The notes under the pieces were generated by a model. The model saw only the letters and a program-made list of their open reading frames with translations, ran no database searches and had not been told where the DNA came from. The position numbers and the translations under genes were made by a program. A DNA stretch of 62,524 nt, filler included, from an uncultured bacterium (GTDB lineage Bacteria > Latescibacterota > UBA2968): assembly GCA_964471275.1 (NCBI GenBank). It is 19 parts of 19 records of this genome, joined end to end, with 100 filler letters (N's around TTAATTAATTAA, not from the genome) between each part and the next. Parts side by side here need not be neighbours in the genome. Positions count along the whole stretch, not along the records: positions 1 to 3,461 come from CAYYGZ010000338.1; positions 3,562 to 7,001 come from CAYYGZ010000339.1; positions 7,102 to 10,530 come from CAYYGZ010000341.1; 16 more parts are not named here. The stretch is one strand, 5' to 3'. Shown in pieces: positions 1 through 10,630 of this stretch. Every line of letters begins with the position of its first letter. The stretch's first letter is position 1.

Positions 1-489
1 GAAGAGGTCGAGGCGAGAGGCGAACTGGATAACACGTTGGTTGTTTTCAGCAGCGATCACGGAGAGATGCTGGGTGATCACAACCGGTGGGGGAAGAGCA
101 CGTTCTACCAACCTTCTGTGTCCGTGCCGCTTGTCATTGCGGGACCGGGAGTGCAAGAAGGCAGGTCCTCAGACCTACTCGTCGAGTTACACGATCTGGC
201 GGCCACACACCTGGATTTTGCCGGAGCAGACGGGATTCCAGATGCAGATGGACTCTCTCTGAGGTCTGTTCTAACTGGGGACTCCACGATGCATAGAGAT
301 GTCGCAGTTTCTGCGCTCACTGACTGGCAGCTGGTCTGGGATGGAAGGATGAAGCTTGTCCTTCAGGAAGGAAACGAGCCCAGGTTGTTTGATTTGGCGA
401 CAGACCCCGGTGAGAACGAGAATCTGGCGGCGGCAAATCCGGAAGTCGTGACACGGCTGCAGGATCGGCTCGCCTTGGAAACGCAATGA
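1..489 (+). CDS. Sulfatase family hydrolase, C-terminal part (5' truncated)
   Basis: NTLVVFSSDHGEMLGDH..WGK, VPLVIAGPG and LFDLATDPGENENLA motifs typical of sulfatases. Confidence 0.9.
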   Translation, partial: EEVEARGELDNTLVVFSSDHGEMLGDHNRWGKSTFYQPSVSVPLVIAGPGVQEGRSSDLLVELHDLAATHLDFAGADGIPDADGLSLRSVLTGDSTMHRDVAVSALTDWQLVWDGRMKLVLQEGNEPRLFDLATDPGENENLAAANPEVVTRLQDRLALETQ

Positions 490-588
490 CGATACGGGCA
501 ACCGAGACTGATCATTGAGACAGGGCGTCTCCGGATTGCCTACGTGCCTGCCTCACCTGGACATAACCCTGAAACCAGCAGACAGAAA

Positions 589-939
589 ATGACTGACGTG
601 ATCATCTACCATAACGCACGCTGCTCCAAATCGAGAGAATCCCTGAAGCTTCTGCGTGATCGTGGTATCGAGCCACGTGTTATCGAGTATCTGAAGGATC
701 CCCTCGATGAGGATGAGCTCTCGCGATTACTCGCGATGTTAGGGATGGCTCCTCACGATCTGATCCGGACGAAGGAGGACGCGTATCTGGAGTTTGAGAT
801 CGCGAACCTGAAGGCGAGACCGAGGGAGCTGATCCGGGCGATGGTTGCTCATCCGATCCTGATCGAACGACCGATCGTAGTGAGAGGAAACAAGGCTCGG
901 ATCGGCAGGCCGCCAGAGAACATCCTGGAGATCCTGTAA
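589..939 (+). CDS. arsC: Arsenate reductase (glutaredoxin-dependent ArsC/YfgD family)
   Basis: IYHNARCSKSRE N-terminal motif; HPILIERPIV and RIGRPPE C-terminal motifs. Confidence 0.85.
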   Translation: MTDVIIYHNARCSKSRESLKLLRDRGIEPRVIEYLKDPLDEDELSRLLAMLGMAPHDLIRTKEDAYLEFEIANLKARPRELIRAMVAHPILIERPIVVRGNKARIGRPPENILEIL

Positions 940-986
940 AGGAAGGTCGATGCCGCTCATAAGATGCACACCTGCGAGGTGGACCA

Positions 987-1985
987 GTGACATACACGAT
1001 CGCTGAACTGAGAGAACGACTGGCCGGGATCTCCCGGCTGGACTTGGCAGATCTTCCGACACCGCTGGACGCTTGTCCCCGACTCTCAGAAGCTCTGGGT
1101 GGGCCCGATATCTTCGTCAAGCGCGAGGACCAGACCGGTCTGGCTTTCGGTGGGAACAAGGTTCGGGAGTTTGAATATTCGGTGGCGCCCGCGATCGATG
1201 AGAACTACGACATTCTGCTTCACGGTGCGGCGTCGCAGTCGAATCAGTCACGGTTGACAGCAGCAGTGGCGGCGAAGCTGGGCAAGCGCTGTGTGATGGT
1301 CGGGCGTCGAGACGAGCACGCAGAGCCCGTGCAGGGAAACCTGCTGTTGACGCACCTGTTCGGTGCAGAAGTACACCTGGTCGAGAGTGCGAAGGATAAG
1401 GAACGTATTGTAGAGGAGCTGCAGGCCGATGGACTTAGGGTCTACAACACGAGCTTCGACGGATACTACCTGCGAAGCGTTTCCTACGTCGACGGGTTTA
1501 TCGAGCTGTACGAGCAGATGCAGGATCAGGAGATCGTGCCGGACGCGATCTATGTCTGCTCGGGTGTTCACACACACGTGGGATTGGTGGTGGGGGCAAA
1601 GGCATTGGGCGTCGATGTGCGGATACTTGGAATCAGTCCGAGTCCGCACGACAAGACGAAGAAGAATGCTGAACTGGCGGAAGTGGCGAACGAGGTGTGT
1701 CGAATGATGGATCTGGATCTGGCATTCAATGGGGCGGATATCGAGAGCTACGGGGATTACGCCGGTGAAGGGTACGGGGTGATGACGGAGGCAGGCACGG
1801 AGGCCGTGGAGATGTGTGCGAGGTCGGAGGGTCTGTTGCTGGATCCTGTATACTCGGGGAAGGCATTTTCGGGGTTGGTAGAGCACGTAAGGGATGGGAT
1901 GTGGGAGGTGGGGAATCGGGTGGTGTTTGTGCATACTGGAGGTACACCCGCTCTGTTTGCCTATGCGACATCTTTTACTTCGTGA
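987..1985 (+). CDS. D-cysteine desulfhydrase / ACC deaminase family PLP enzyme
   Basis: PTPL, KREDQTGLAFGGNKVR (PLP lysine), QSN, EGLLLDPVYSGKA, FVHTGGTPALF. Confidence 0.9.
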   Translation: MTYTIAELRERLAGISRLDLADLPTPLDACPRLSEALGGPDIFVKREDQTGLAFGGNKVREFEYSVAPAIDENYDILLHGAASQSNQSRLTAAVAAKLGKRCVMVGRRDEHAEPVQGNLLLTHLFGAEVHLVESAKDKERIVEELQADGLRVYNTSFDGYYLRSVSYVDGFIELYEQMQDQEIVPDAIYVCSGVHTHVGLVVGAKALGVDVRILGISPSPHDKTKKNAELAEVANEVCRMMDLDLAFNGADIESYGDYAGEGYGVMTEAGTEAVEMCARSEGLLLDPVYSGKAFSGLVEHVRDGMWEVGNRVVFVHTGGTPALFAYATSFTS

Positions 1986-2151
1986 ACTCGCAACTGAGGC
2001 TTGAAGCTGCGCCACTGGGCGCGTGGGATGACTCGCTGCATTGCTCGATGGGATCGTGGCCGATCCCACCGAGCATCATCCAGATCCGAGCGGGCGCTCG
2101 ACTACATCAGCCTGTTCCCATATCTAACCATGACTCAACAGCAAGGAATCG

Positions 2152-3417
2152 ATGACCGAACTGGCAATACTTAGTGCGGAAACGACGACACCGGATAGGG
2201 TCCCACCTTGGCCCCTGTCCGATGATCTCGAACGCACCGCCCTCCTGGACGTGCTCGACTCCAGATCCTGGTATAACGGTGACCGGGTCCGTGAATTTGA
2301 GGAGTCCTTTGCGGCGATGCAGGATGCCAAGTTCGGGGTCGCCACAACTGGTGGTACTGTCGCGATAGAGGCCATTGTCCGAGCCGCAGGAATAGGCGTC
2401 GATGACGAAATCATCACCTCGCCCTATACCTTTATCGGTACCTGTACGGCAATTCTCAAGGCCGGCGCAGCCATCCGCTTTGTCGATGTCGATCCTGACA
2501 CCAACAACCTCGACATCGGCCAGATCGAAGATGCCATAACATCTCATACGCGTGCAATCATGCCCGTTCACTTCGGCGGCCTTGCGTGCGACATCGATCG
2601 GCTGAAGCAGATCTGCGAGGCACGCAATCTTGTGATGCTCGAGGATGCGTGTCACAGTTGGGGTGCGAAGTATAGGGACAAGGGGCTCGGGGCCTGGGGC
2701 GTGGCGGGCGCATTCAGTTTCCAACAGAGCAAGAATATGACGTGTGGTGATGGTGGGATCGCGCTGACCGATGACGAGGCGGTGGCCGATGCGATTGGGT
2801 GCGCGATCAACCAGGGGCGCTCGCGATACAACAAGGCTGACCCACGGCTACAGTGGGGGAGCAACCACCGGATGACGGAGTTCAGTGCGGCACTGTTACT
2901 CGCGCAGATGAGCCGGCTGCCCGAGCACGTGGACATTCGCGAGCAGAATGCGGGGATGCTGACGCGGACGCTGAACACTATACCGGGCGTTGAGCCCTGC
3001 AAGCGTCTTCCGGACGCCACCGTCGTCAGCTGGCACGTGTACGGAGGCCGGTATCTGGCTGATGAATGGGACGGATTGCCTCGAGACATCTTTGTGGCCG
3101 CGATGCGAGCAGAAGGCGTGCAGCTGGAGACTGGATATCCTGAGCCTGTCTACCGTGCGACCGTATTTCAGCAGGATTGGGCGAACAGCGAAGATATCCG
3201 TCCCTTCGCGTGGGCTGGTAAGGATTGGGTGCAGGATTACCGGTCGCTGAGTCTCCCGAAGGTGGAAGCCTATTGTCAGGAACGTATCGGGATGCGGCAC
3301 GCGAGATTGCTGGCGAGCGAGTCCGAGATGAAAGAGATGTGCGACAAGTTTACGAAGGTGTATGAGCATCGACGAGAGCTGCTTGAGGCTTGGCGCTCGG
3401 GGAAGCTGGGGGGGTAG
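2152..3417 (+). CDS. DegT/DnrJ/EryC1/StrS family aminotransferase
   Basis: IMPVHFGG, LEDACHSWGA, FSFQQSKNMTCGDGG (PLP lysine), GSNHRMTE. Confidence 0.92.
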   Translation: MTELAILSAETTTPDRVPPWPLSDDLERTALLDVLDSRSWYNGDRVREFEESFAAMQDAKFGVATTGGTVAIEAIVRAAGIGVDDEIITSPYTFIGTCTAILKAGAAIRFVDVDPDTNNLDIGQIEDAITSHTRAIMPVHFGGLACDIDRLKQICEARNLVMLEDACHSWGAKYRDKGLGAWGVAGAFSFQQSKNMTCGDGGIALTDDEAVADAIGCAINQGRSRYNKADPRLQWGSNHRMTEFSAALLLAQMSRLPEHVDIREQNAGMLTRTLNTIPGVEPCKRLPDATVVSWHVYGGRYLADEWDGLPRDIFVAAMRAEGVQLETGYPEPVYRATVFQQDWANSEDIRPFAWAGKDWVQDYRSLSLPKVEAYCQERIGMRHARLLASESEMKEMCDKFTKVYEHRRELLEAWRSGKLGG

Positions 3418-3461
3418 TCGGCAGGGGGGCAGAGGGGTGGATCCGCTTCTGGTTGCAATCG

Positions 3462-3561
3462 NNNNNNNNNNNNNNNNNNNNNNNNNNNNNNNNNNNNNNN
3501 NNNNNTTAATTAATTAANNNNNNNNNNNNNNNNNNNNNNNNNNNNNNNNNNNNNNNNNNNN
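3462..3561. other. Artificial contig spacer (N-run + TTAATTAATTAA + N-run); first of 18
   Basis: The same 100-nt block recurs starting at 7002, 10531, 14017, 17484, 20885, 24240, 27591, 30931, 34266, 37598, 40846, 44034, 47165, 50270, 53365, 56448 and 59490. The 12-mer gives stops in all six frames, and the fragments decrease in size. Confidence 0.98.
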
Positions 3562-4287
3562 CTCGGCGGCATCTGCAATCTGCTCCGCCAGCGCCAGGGT
3601 CGGGCTGGTCGTATCGAGGGTGAACGCATTCGGAAAAACCTCCGACCGGGTACCCAGGACATCGAGACCAAGCATCAGAACGATATCCTCCCCATCAGCC
3701 AACGCACTGGCCGCATAGGCATCACTGCCGATCAGACCCAGTTCCTCGGAACCAAATAGCACGAACTCGATCGTCAGTCCAATCTGAAGATCGCTCACGA
3801 GCCTGGCAATTTCCAGAACTGCGGCCACTCCCGTTGCATTGTCGTCCGCGCCGGGGGCAAAATCCTGCTCAGCCTGAACGAAATCAAGGGATATCGTGTC
3901 GTAGTGAGCACCGATGACGATCTTCTTGTCCGGAGAAATCACACCTCTTCGTGCAGCAACGACGTTGGCCTGTACCAGCTTTTCCAGCACGTACGAGTTT
4001 CCGGCCACACGGCGGTCCACGTTCACTTCGAATGAATCCAGCCGGACGGCATACTCCATCCCCTCGAATCGGTTCTTGATCCAGGCAACGGCGGCCCAGT
4101 TCGAATCGCTGCCCATGAAACGCGTATCGAATGCGACAAGCCTCTCGATGTCCGCCATCATCGAGTCCGGCTCAAGGGCATCCAGAACAGATCGGATATC
4201 CTGCTCATCGCCAGCAACCGGCTGCGTCGGTATACCCAGGAGCAGCAGTAACAGAAAAGCCGGCACAATTCCTTTTATAACAATCAC
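3562..4287 (-). CDS. Secreted M28-family metallopeptidase (3' truncated)
   Basis: Signal peptide; GAHYDT, PGADDNATGVA and SEELGLIGS zinc-ligand motifs. Confidence 0.9.
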
Positions 4288-4390
4288 TTAACGACATCTC
4301 CCATCATACATAAACCGCTCAATGGATTCTCATTCCTGCCGATACTTGATAGATAAGGGCATTGCTATATACGAACGGAGGAAGTGGACA

Positions 4391-4600
4391 ATGGATAGCG
4401 GGTTTCTATTCTTGACGATCGGAATGTTGTTCATCGCGGGCGTATTCTGTCTGGTCATCGCGTTGAACCAGTTGAGCGCGCCGGCCGGACCCTCAAAAGT
4501 CAAACCCATGCCAGTGCGATCCGAATCGGATGATGAAAAGAGCGGCCCCCGGCTCACAAAGCTTGGGCGACCGATCAAAGAGGTCAAGCTGCGAGCCTGA
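4391..4600 (+). CDS. Small single-pass membrane protein, unknown function
   Basis: GGAGG upstream of ATG 4391; N-terminal hydrophobic helix then a charged tail; followed by a terminator hairpin. Confidence 0.55.
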   Translation: MDSGFLFLTIGMLFIAGVFCLVIALNQLSAPAGPSKVKPMPVRSESDDEKSGPRLTKLGRPIKEVKLRA

Positions 4601-4621
4601 CACGACACAACACAAAAAACC

Positions 4622-4653
4622 AAAGGGGAATTCCTGCAAGGGAGTTCCCCTTT
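4622..4653. terminator. Probable bidirectional intrinsic terminator
   Basis: AAAGGGGAATTCC-tgcaag-GGAGTTCCCCTTT stem (one G.U pair) between convergent genes, with an A-run upstream. Confidence 0.75.
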
Positions 4654-4655
4654 AT

Positions 4656-5909
4656 CTATTTAGCCTCTATGGAGGCGATGGCTTCGGAATCCGCGAGGTA
4701 ATCGACCTCGCTGAACCGGGCAACAAAACCGATCGCTGCAAGGACCGTGATCACAATTGGCATCAGAAAAATCATGGACCAATCGTAGCCCCCCATCTCG
4801 TTCCCGAAGTAGTCGTGAACGCGGCCGCTGAAGAAGTGCCCGACCAACATCCCAACTCCGTTCGTGGCAAAGATGATCAGTCCCTGTGCACTTGCCCTGA
4901 TGTCGCGATGGCTCAGCCTCTCAACCGCAATCATGCCTCCGACAAAAAAGAAGGAGAAGCAGATCCCGTGGAGTGTCTGCGCCGCGATGATCAGCCAGGC
5001 AGGCTGCCCGATCGCAAAGATGGCATACCTTACGGGCCACGCAAGAATCCCGAGGACGATTGTTGTCCGCATCCCGAGCTTCCGAATCGATGGGGCAAGC
5101 AGCAACATCAAAACAATCTCCCCAACCTGCCCAAGGCTCATCGCAAAATTCGCTGAACTTGCCGACAGCCCAACTCCGGATGCAGTATCCGTCAGAAACA
5201 GGAATGTGAGGTTGTAGTAGAAGGGGAGCTCGATCGAAACGACGAAGGAAACAAGAAGAAGAATCGCGAAGTTGCGATTCCGGGTGAGGTGGAATGCCTG
5301 GAGAAACGCGTAGGGAGTCTGACCATCCCGAGTCGGCGGCGTCTTCGGCAGGGTCAAGCAGTACAGTCCCATCACAGCGGAGAGAATGCTCGCGGCGATC
5401 AGACAGTCACCCAGGTAGTTTTGATCAACATCCTGACCAATCCTGAAGTCCAGGTAGAGCGACATGGCCCACGCAACCGCAATCCATCCGATCGTTCCCC
5501 ACATGCGAACATTGCCGAACTTGCGACTGTCGCTGGAATGGTGAAAGGCGATCGCATTGGTTAGCACGACCGTTGGCATGTAGAGAACCGCGTAAAGCAG
5601 GATTGCGATCCACATCGGGAGAAACTCGGTTTGTTGCCACGCCAGATAGAGTATCGGGGCACCAGCGAAATGACAGAGCGCGGCAAAGAGCTGGCTGGGC
5701 ATCACGCGGTCAGCGACCCATCCGGCGATCAGCGGGGAAACCAGTGAGCCAAATGCGGTCGTTCCGAAGACATAGCTGATCTCCTTCCCCGAAAAGCCGA
5801 GATTCGCCATGTGCCCTGCAATCAGCACGGCCCACGATCCCCAGATCGCGAATTGGAGGAACATCATGACGGAAAGCCTGACGTATATCGCTCTCGGGGA
5901 CTCCAACAT
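4656..5909 (-). CDS. MFS transporter, nucleoside:H+ symporter (NupG/XapB-like)
   Basis: RLSVMMFLQFAIWGSW, GWVADR, VRMWGTIGWI, SLGQVGEI, HGICFSFFFV, IRASAQGL; about 12 TM segments. Confidence 0.9.
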   Translation of the reverse strand: MLESPRAIYVRLSVMMFLQFAIWGSWAVLIAGHMANLGFSGKEISYVFGTTAFGSLVSPLIAGWVADRVMPSQLFAALCHFAGAPILYLAWQQTEFLPMWIAILLYAVLYMPTVVLTNAIAFHHSSDSRKFGNVRMWGTIGWIAVAWAMSLYLDFRIGQDVDQNYLGDCLIAASILSAVMGLYCLTLPKTPPTRDGQTPYAFLQAFHLTRNRNFAILLLVSFVVSIELPFYYNLTFLFLTDTASGVGLSASSANFAMSLGQVGEIVLMLLLAPSIRKLGMRTTIVLGILAWPVRYAIFAIGQPAWLIIAAQTLHGICFSFFFVGGMIAVERLSHRDIRASAQGLIIFATNGVGMLVGHFFSGRVHDYFGNEMGGYDWSMIFLMPIVITVLAAIGFVARFSEVDYLADSEAIASIEAK

Positions 5910-6166
5910 CGGCTTCGATCCTCGTTTCTGATTGTCACGCAAAGGCGCAGTGTGAGGACTCGGACCACCAGAACTCCCCCGGCCCTTACCACACGGCTAA
6001 GCCTTTCCAAATGCGGAACTTACGGTAACTACCACTCTTTTCTGTGTCAAGACGAGGGGTGTTCTGAGATTGCTTTCGCTTGCCACTGGTATTCTCCTGC
6101 ATTAGATTTCGCGCTGCAAGGAGACCCACGGAGATACGCCATTCTAANNNNNNNNNNGAACACTGT

Positions 6167-6970
6167 ATGAACGAAGATATCGGACAGATTCTGGAGAATT
6201 GGCCGTTCGACCCGGAGAACAGTATCCGAAAGGTTATTGATCCGTCCGGTGTGGAGAAGATCCAGGTTCGCGTGGATCAAGGAGCTTTCCAGGGCGTCTT
6301 GCAGATGAATCTGGACGGCCGTCCGGACGGCCGCAGACCACACGATTCGGACTTCGCCTTCGACTTCTACAAAGAGTCTCAGCAGAATGTGCTAGAATCA
6401 GAAGGATCCCTCGATGGTTTCCAGTTGACCGAAGAGGAGTGTCAGGAGTTGTTCGACGAGAGCCGCAGACTCTACGAACGATACGTCTTTCTCCTCCAGA
6501 TCCAGGACTACGATCGAGTGATTCGGGACACGGAGCAGAACATTGACCTGTTCCGGTTCGTCAACACTTACGCCGAGCGTGGCGAGGATCGCGAGAACCT
6601 GGAGAAGTGGTGGCCCTACATCATCCGCATCAATGGGGTCGCCCGTGTGATGATCTGCACGCAGAATGATGACTTCGAGTCGGCGAGCGAGATCATCGAT
6701 GAGGCCCGAGAGAAGATCAAGGCTCTGAACCAGGTGGACGCGGAGGAATTCAGGATCGAGAAGCGCCGATCGGTGCAGGCTCTCGATGATCTGGAGCAGG
6801 AGCTCCTGAGCAAACGCCCACTCAACCTGATGGACCGCCTGAAGAAGGAGCTGGGGGACGCGATCGATCAGGAAGCTTTCGAGCGTGCGGCGAAGCTTCG
6901 TGACCGCATCCGAGAGCTTGAGGAGCTCAGTGTCTCGGACCCGGATGATGGAGATGAGACCGATTTCTGA
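6167..6970 (+). CDS. Uncharacterised protein with C-terminal UvrB/UvrC (UVR) motif
   Basis: C-terminal LKKELGDAIDQEAFERAAKLRDRI; N-terminal KIQVRVDQG..LQMNLDGRPDG. Confidence 0.8.
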   Translation: MNEDIGQILENWPFDPENSIRKVIDPSGVEKIQVRVDQGAFQGVLQMNLDGRPDGRRPHDSDFAFDFYKESQQNVLESEGSLDGFQLTEEECQELFDESRRLYERYVFLLQIQDYDRVIRDTEQNIDLFRFVNTYAERGEDRENLEKWWPYIIRINGVARVMICTQNDDFESASEIIDEAREKIKALNQVDAEEFRIEKRRSVQALDDLEQELLSKRPLNLMDRLKKELGDAIDQEAFERAAKLRDRIRELEELSVSDPDDGDETDF

Positions 6971-7101
6971 CACCGTGCCAAGAATCGAGTGACTCGGAAT
7001 CNNNNNNNNNNNNNNNNNNNNNNNNNNNNNNNNNNNNNNNNNNNNTTAATTAATTAANNNNNNNNNNNNNNNNNNNNNNNNNNNNNNNNNNNNNNNNNNN
7101 N

Positions 7102-7943
7102 AGACAACACAGTTCTGCAGGATGGTGCTCAAGAAGTTCGATATCGAGACTACTTTTGTCCACGCAGGAGATTATGAACAGCTGGAAGGGGCCATCCAGA
7201 AGAACACCCGTCTGATTGTGTCCGAGTCGCCGACGAATCCCCACCTGAATGTGGTGGACCTGGATAGAGTCGTTATCCTCGCCAAGGCTAATCGGCTTAA
7301 GGTCGTGATCGACAGCACATTCGCGACGCCCCTGAACCAGCGACCGCTCGAGTTTGGGGTCGATCTGGTCATCCACAGTGCGACGAAGTATCTTGGCGGG
7401 CACAACGACCTGATGGCCGGTGTGGTCTTGGGGGATGAACCCCTGATTTCTGCCATCAAGGACTATCGGGGTATTCTTGGCGGCGTCCCGGATCCACACT
7501 GTGCGTATCTGCTTATCCGGGGTCTCAAGACTTTTCCCCTCCGTATGGCTCGGCAGAATGAGTCATCTCTGCAGATGGCGCAGTATCTGGAGGATCATCC
7601 CAAGGTTCGGCAGGTCTACTACCCCGGGTTGGCCTCTCATCCGCATCACGAGATCGCGCGCGCACAGATGACCGGGTATGGCGGGGTCGTCAGCTTTGAT
7701 TTGGACACCGACCTGACTGGCACGATGCGATTTCTGGATGCTCTCACCATTCCCTGCATCGGCGCGAGCCTCGGCGGCGTGGAGAGCATCGTTTCGCATC
7801 CTTCCACCATCTCATACTACGAACTTGATCGGGAGGACCGGATCGCGATCGGAATCGCTGACGAACTGGTTCGGTACTCGGTTGGCATCGAAGATGTCGA
7901 AGACCTGATTGCCGATCTGGATCGAGCGTTTGCCGCGGTCTGA
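7102..7943 (+). CDS. Cystathionine gamma-synthase / trans-sulfuration PLP enzyme (5' truncated)
   Basis: ESPTNP, DSTFATPLNQRPL, HSATKYLGGHND, YYPGL, SLGGVES, RYSVGIED. Confidence 0.92.
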
Positions 7944-7949
7944 ATGTAA

Positions 7950-8639
7950 ATGGAAGAAAAGGAGAACTACGCGGCTGTTCTAGTCGCTGCTGCGCGATCG
8001 CCATTCCGTGACCCGGAAGGCTATAAGAAGATCCTGATCGGGGGCTTGTTGTCGCCCTTTCCGGTCGCCAATTTTCTGTCGTGGGGATTCGCATACCGTG
8101 TCTTTATCGATGGGCTGAACGGGGCCACGGAACTGCAGCTACCCGCTTGGACGAGTTGGCGAGATTACTTCCGGGTGGGATTCCGGATCTTTCTGATCAC
8201 GCTGGGTTACCTCGTGCTGGTTGCCTTTGGGATTATCGCCGTGATCAGCCTGACAAAGGGAGGCGTAAACGGTGATCTGCAGACGATGATGATGGTGGGG
8301 CTAGGCAGTGTGGCGATCTTCAACTCGATATCTCCGGTCGTCTTCACACGATTCGCGGAGGAGGGGCGTGTCTGGGCCTGTTTCGAGCCAGATGCCATCC
8401 TGCGCGACCTGCGCAAGGTCGTGCGACTCGATTACATTCAGCTCTGTTTCCTGTTCTATGGTCTTTGGACGATGACGCTTATCGTCTTTGGTGGTCTGCC
8501 CGTCATCGGGATCCCACTTGTCTCCGTTACCCAGTTCTTCCTGACACTCCTCTTCTCCCACGTGTTTGGTCGATTGATCGGGGCCAGACGTCAAACACCT
8601 GCCTTGCCAACCAGCGATTCGGGCACACCGAACGCATAA
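7950..8639 (+). CDS. DUF4013-like membrane protein
   Basis: KILIGGLL..P..GFAYR..LPAWTSW..YF..G pattern with 4-5 TM segments. Confidence 0.7.
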   Translation: MEEKENYAAVLVAAARSPFRDPEGYKKILIGGLLSPFPVANFLSWGFAYRVFIDGLNGATELQLPAWTSWRDYFRVGFRIFLITLGYLVLVAFGIIAVISLTKGGVNGDLQTMMMVGLGSVAIFNSISPVVFTRFAEEGRVWACFEPDAILRDLRKVVRLDYIQLCFLFYGLWTMTLIVFGGLPVIGIPLVSVTQFFLTLLFSHVFGRLIGARRQTPALPTSDSGTPNA

Positions 8640-8666
8640 TGCCCTCCTGACAGGATCAGGAGGGCA
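8640..8666. terminator. Hairpin between convergent genes
   Basis: Perfect stem TGCCCTCCTGA-cagga-TCAGGAGGGCA immediately after the stop codon. Confidence 0.6.
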
Positions 8667-8693
8667 GGTAACCGTGCAGATGTGAGTTGCTGA

Positions 8694-9806
8694 CTAGAAG
8701 AAAAACCGTACCGAGATCCGTGCATTCAGTGTCTCAACATCCTCTGATCGCCCATCTACCCATCCCTCGCCCCGAATCACTCGAACTGTAAGCGCTTCGC
8801 TGACGCCAATCTTCAAAGACACACCTCCGCCGTAGGCCCACAGCCTGCTCGCGTCCATATAAAGTAGGTCTGTTGGGTCGTAACCATTCTTCGACACGTC
8901 CTTCAGCTCGGCTTCGCAGAAGACTGTTACGCCTGGCAGGGGAATTACGGTGACGACACCGCGAGCGCGGAGATCGTTGCCGTTGCTGTCGTCGAGCTCA
9001 TACCGTAGCGCTCTCTCTTTGATCTCTCTGTTTTTCAATCGGGCGATCTCGGTGATCGTCGCGTCCAGGCGGATCCGCTCGCTATCGTAGTTCAGGGATC
9101 CTTTTGCGATCAGCTGTTTTCCGTTTCTGAAAACTGGGTCGCGGTCACTGCGGTCCACATACTTCAGTTTGCCGCTGAGGTCCAGTCCGAATGTCCAACC
9201 GCCGAAGGCGTAGCCAGCACCCGCCGTAAACGTAAGTTCATCGCCAGGATCGTAGTCCGGGTCTCCTGCAAACGGGGCGTATCTCCCTCTGGCTACGTAT
9301 CCGCCTCCGACACTCAGCGCCCAGTGGTTGACCTGTCGGGCAAGTGTCAGCGCCCCGCCCACATCCAATCCCTGACCCAATGTCTTTATCGGGAAGTTCA
9401 GATCGTTCCGGGCGAGCGCCTGGGCGAGGTCGCTCTCGAGGGCATTCAATGAATCCGAACCCGTCGGGATGTTGACATATCCCGTAAACATCGCGTGCCC
9501 GAGATCAAATTCTCCGGAAACCTGCGTATCGAGCGGCCCCGTGACATCTTCGGCTCCCACGCTGTTCTCGCGCTCAAGACGCATATACGCGCTCTGGACC
9601 TGAAGATTCCCGAAGGCAATCGGCACAGAGAGCACCACAGGACTTACGATCTGACGGTATCGCGTATTCTGCCCGGCAGGGCCGATCGTCACCTGGTGCA
9701 CGAATGCGGCGGCATCCGTAAATAGGGGAGGAGGCGTCTGAGACTGGAGGCCTGTGTTCGCCAGCAGACAGATTGCTAGCGTGTAACCGGACAGGTATCT
9801 GGTCAT
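8694..9806 (-). CDS. Putative outer-membrane beta-barrel protein
   Basis: Signal peptide, amphipathic beta-strands, YDPGDELTFTAG, C-terminal ISVRFFF (terminal Phe). Confidence 0.7.
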   Translation of the reverse strand: MTRYLSGYTLAICLLANTGLQSQTPPPLFTDAAAFVHQVTIGPAGQNTRYRQIVSPVVLSVPIAFGNLQVQSAYMRLERENSVGAEDVTGPLDTQVSGEFDLGHAMFTGYVNIPTGSDSLNALESDLAQALARNDLNFPIKTLGQGLDVGGALTLARQVNHWALSVGGGYVARGRYAPFAGDPDYDPGDELTFTAGAGYAFGGWTFGLDLSGKLKYVDRSDRDPVFRNGKQLIAKGSLNYDSERIRLDATITEIARLKNREIKERALRYELDDSNGNDLRARGVVTVIPLPGVTVFCEAELKDVSKNGYDPTDLLYMDASRLWAYGGGVSLKIGVSEALTVRVIRGEGWVDGRSEDVETLNARISVRFFF

Positions 9807-10530
9807 TGTGACGTTTCTGTTCGAGGTGGTTTGTAGGGATCTTCCGTTTCGGACCCTGAAGCACCATTGACCGAAGGAGAACTCATGGTGTGGCCTCTCA
9901 TCAGCCTTTGGCGGATGACCCGATCGGGGTCAGGAAGGTTTAGCAGGCGATGGTAGTCATCCAGAAGTTCCGCACCCTCCCGTCCGCCCAGCAGATCACT
10001 CTCGGCCCATGCGTGCCGGCCGCCCAGTAGATCCGACCCTGGATTGAGGGTGATTGCGTCCTGGATACTCGATTCAGCCTCAGAGACCTGCCCGACGAGA
10101 TATTGGCTCAGCCCGAGGGCATAGAGTGACAGCGAGACAGGATTTTCTATGGGAAGCTGATTCTTCGCCTCCGATGATGCCAGAAGGCCGAGTGCAGCTG
10201 ATGTTTCACCGATGATCGAAGTGTATGCGGAGCCCGGGTCCATGGCATCAAGATGCAGTGCAGAAGACTCGTAGACTTTCCTTCCCGACGAATCAAGGAG
10301 TTCAAGTGTCAATCGAAGATGGCCACTACCCAGATCCGTCAGCTGGCCGGTCAGAACGGTTCCCGCGCCGCACCACCGAGCGAAGTCTTCAGCCGTAGGA
10401 TCGGTCGCCATCTCGCGGTAGACCTGGGCGACGATCCACGACGTAAACGGATCGATATGAAGCCCGGATGACCTCAACCTTATGTCGGGCAACACCCAGT
10501 CCAGTAGCGCCACCTCAAGTCCGGTTTCCG
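9803..10530 (-). CDS. CsgG/TolB_N-like domain plus TPR-like protein (5' truncated)
   Basis: ARWCGAGTVLTGQL..LRLTLELLD resembles CsgG/TolB_N; YALGL..AI.LNP is TPR-like; ATGA overlap with the downstream gene. Confidence 0.55.
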
Positions 10531-10630
10531 NNNNNNNNNNNNNNNNNNNNNNNNNNNNNNNNNNNNNNNNNNNNTTAATTAATTAANNNNNNNNNNNNNN
10601 NNNNNNNNNNNNNNNNNNNNNNNNNNNNNN

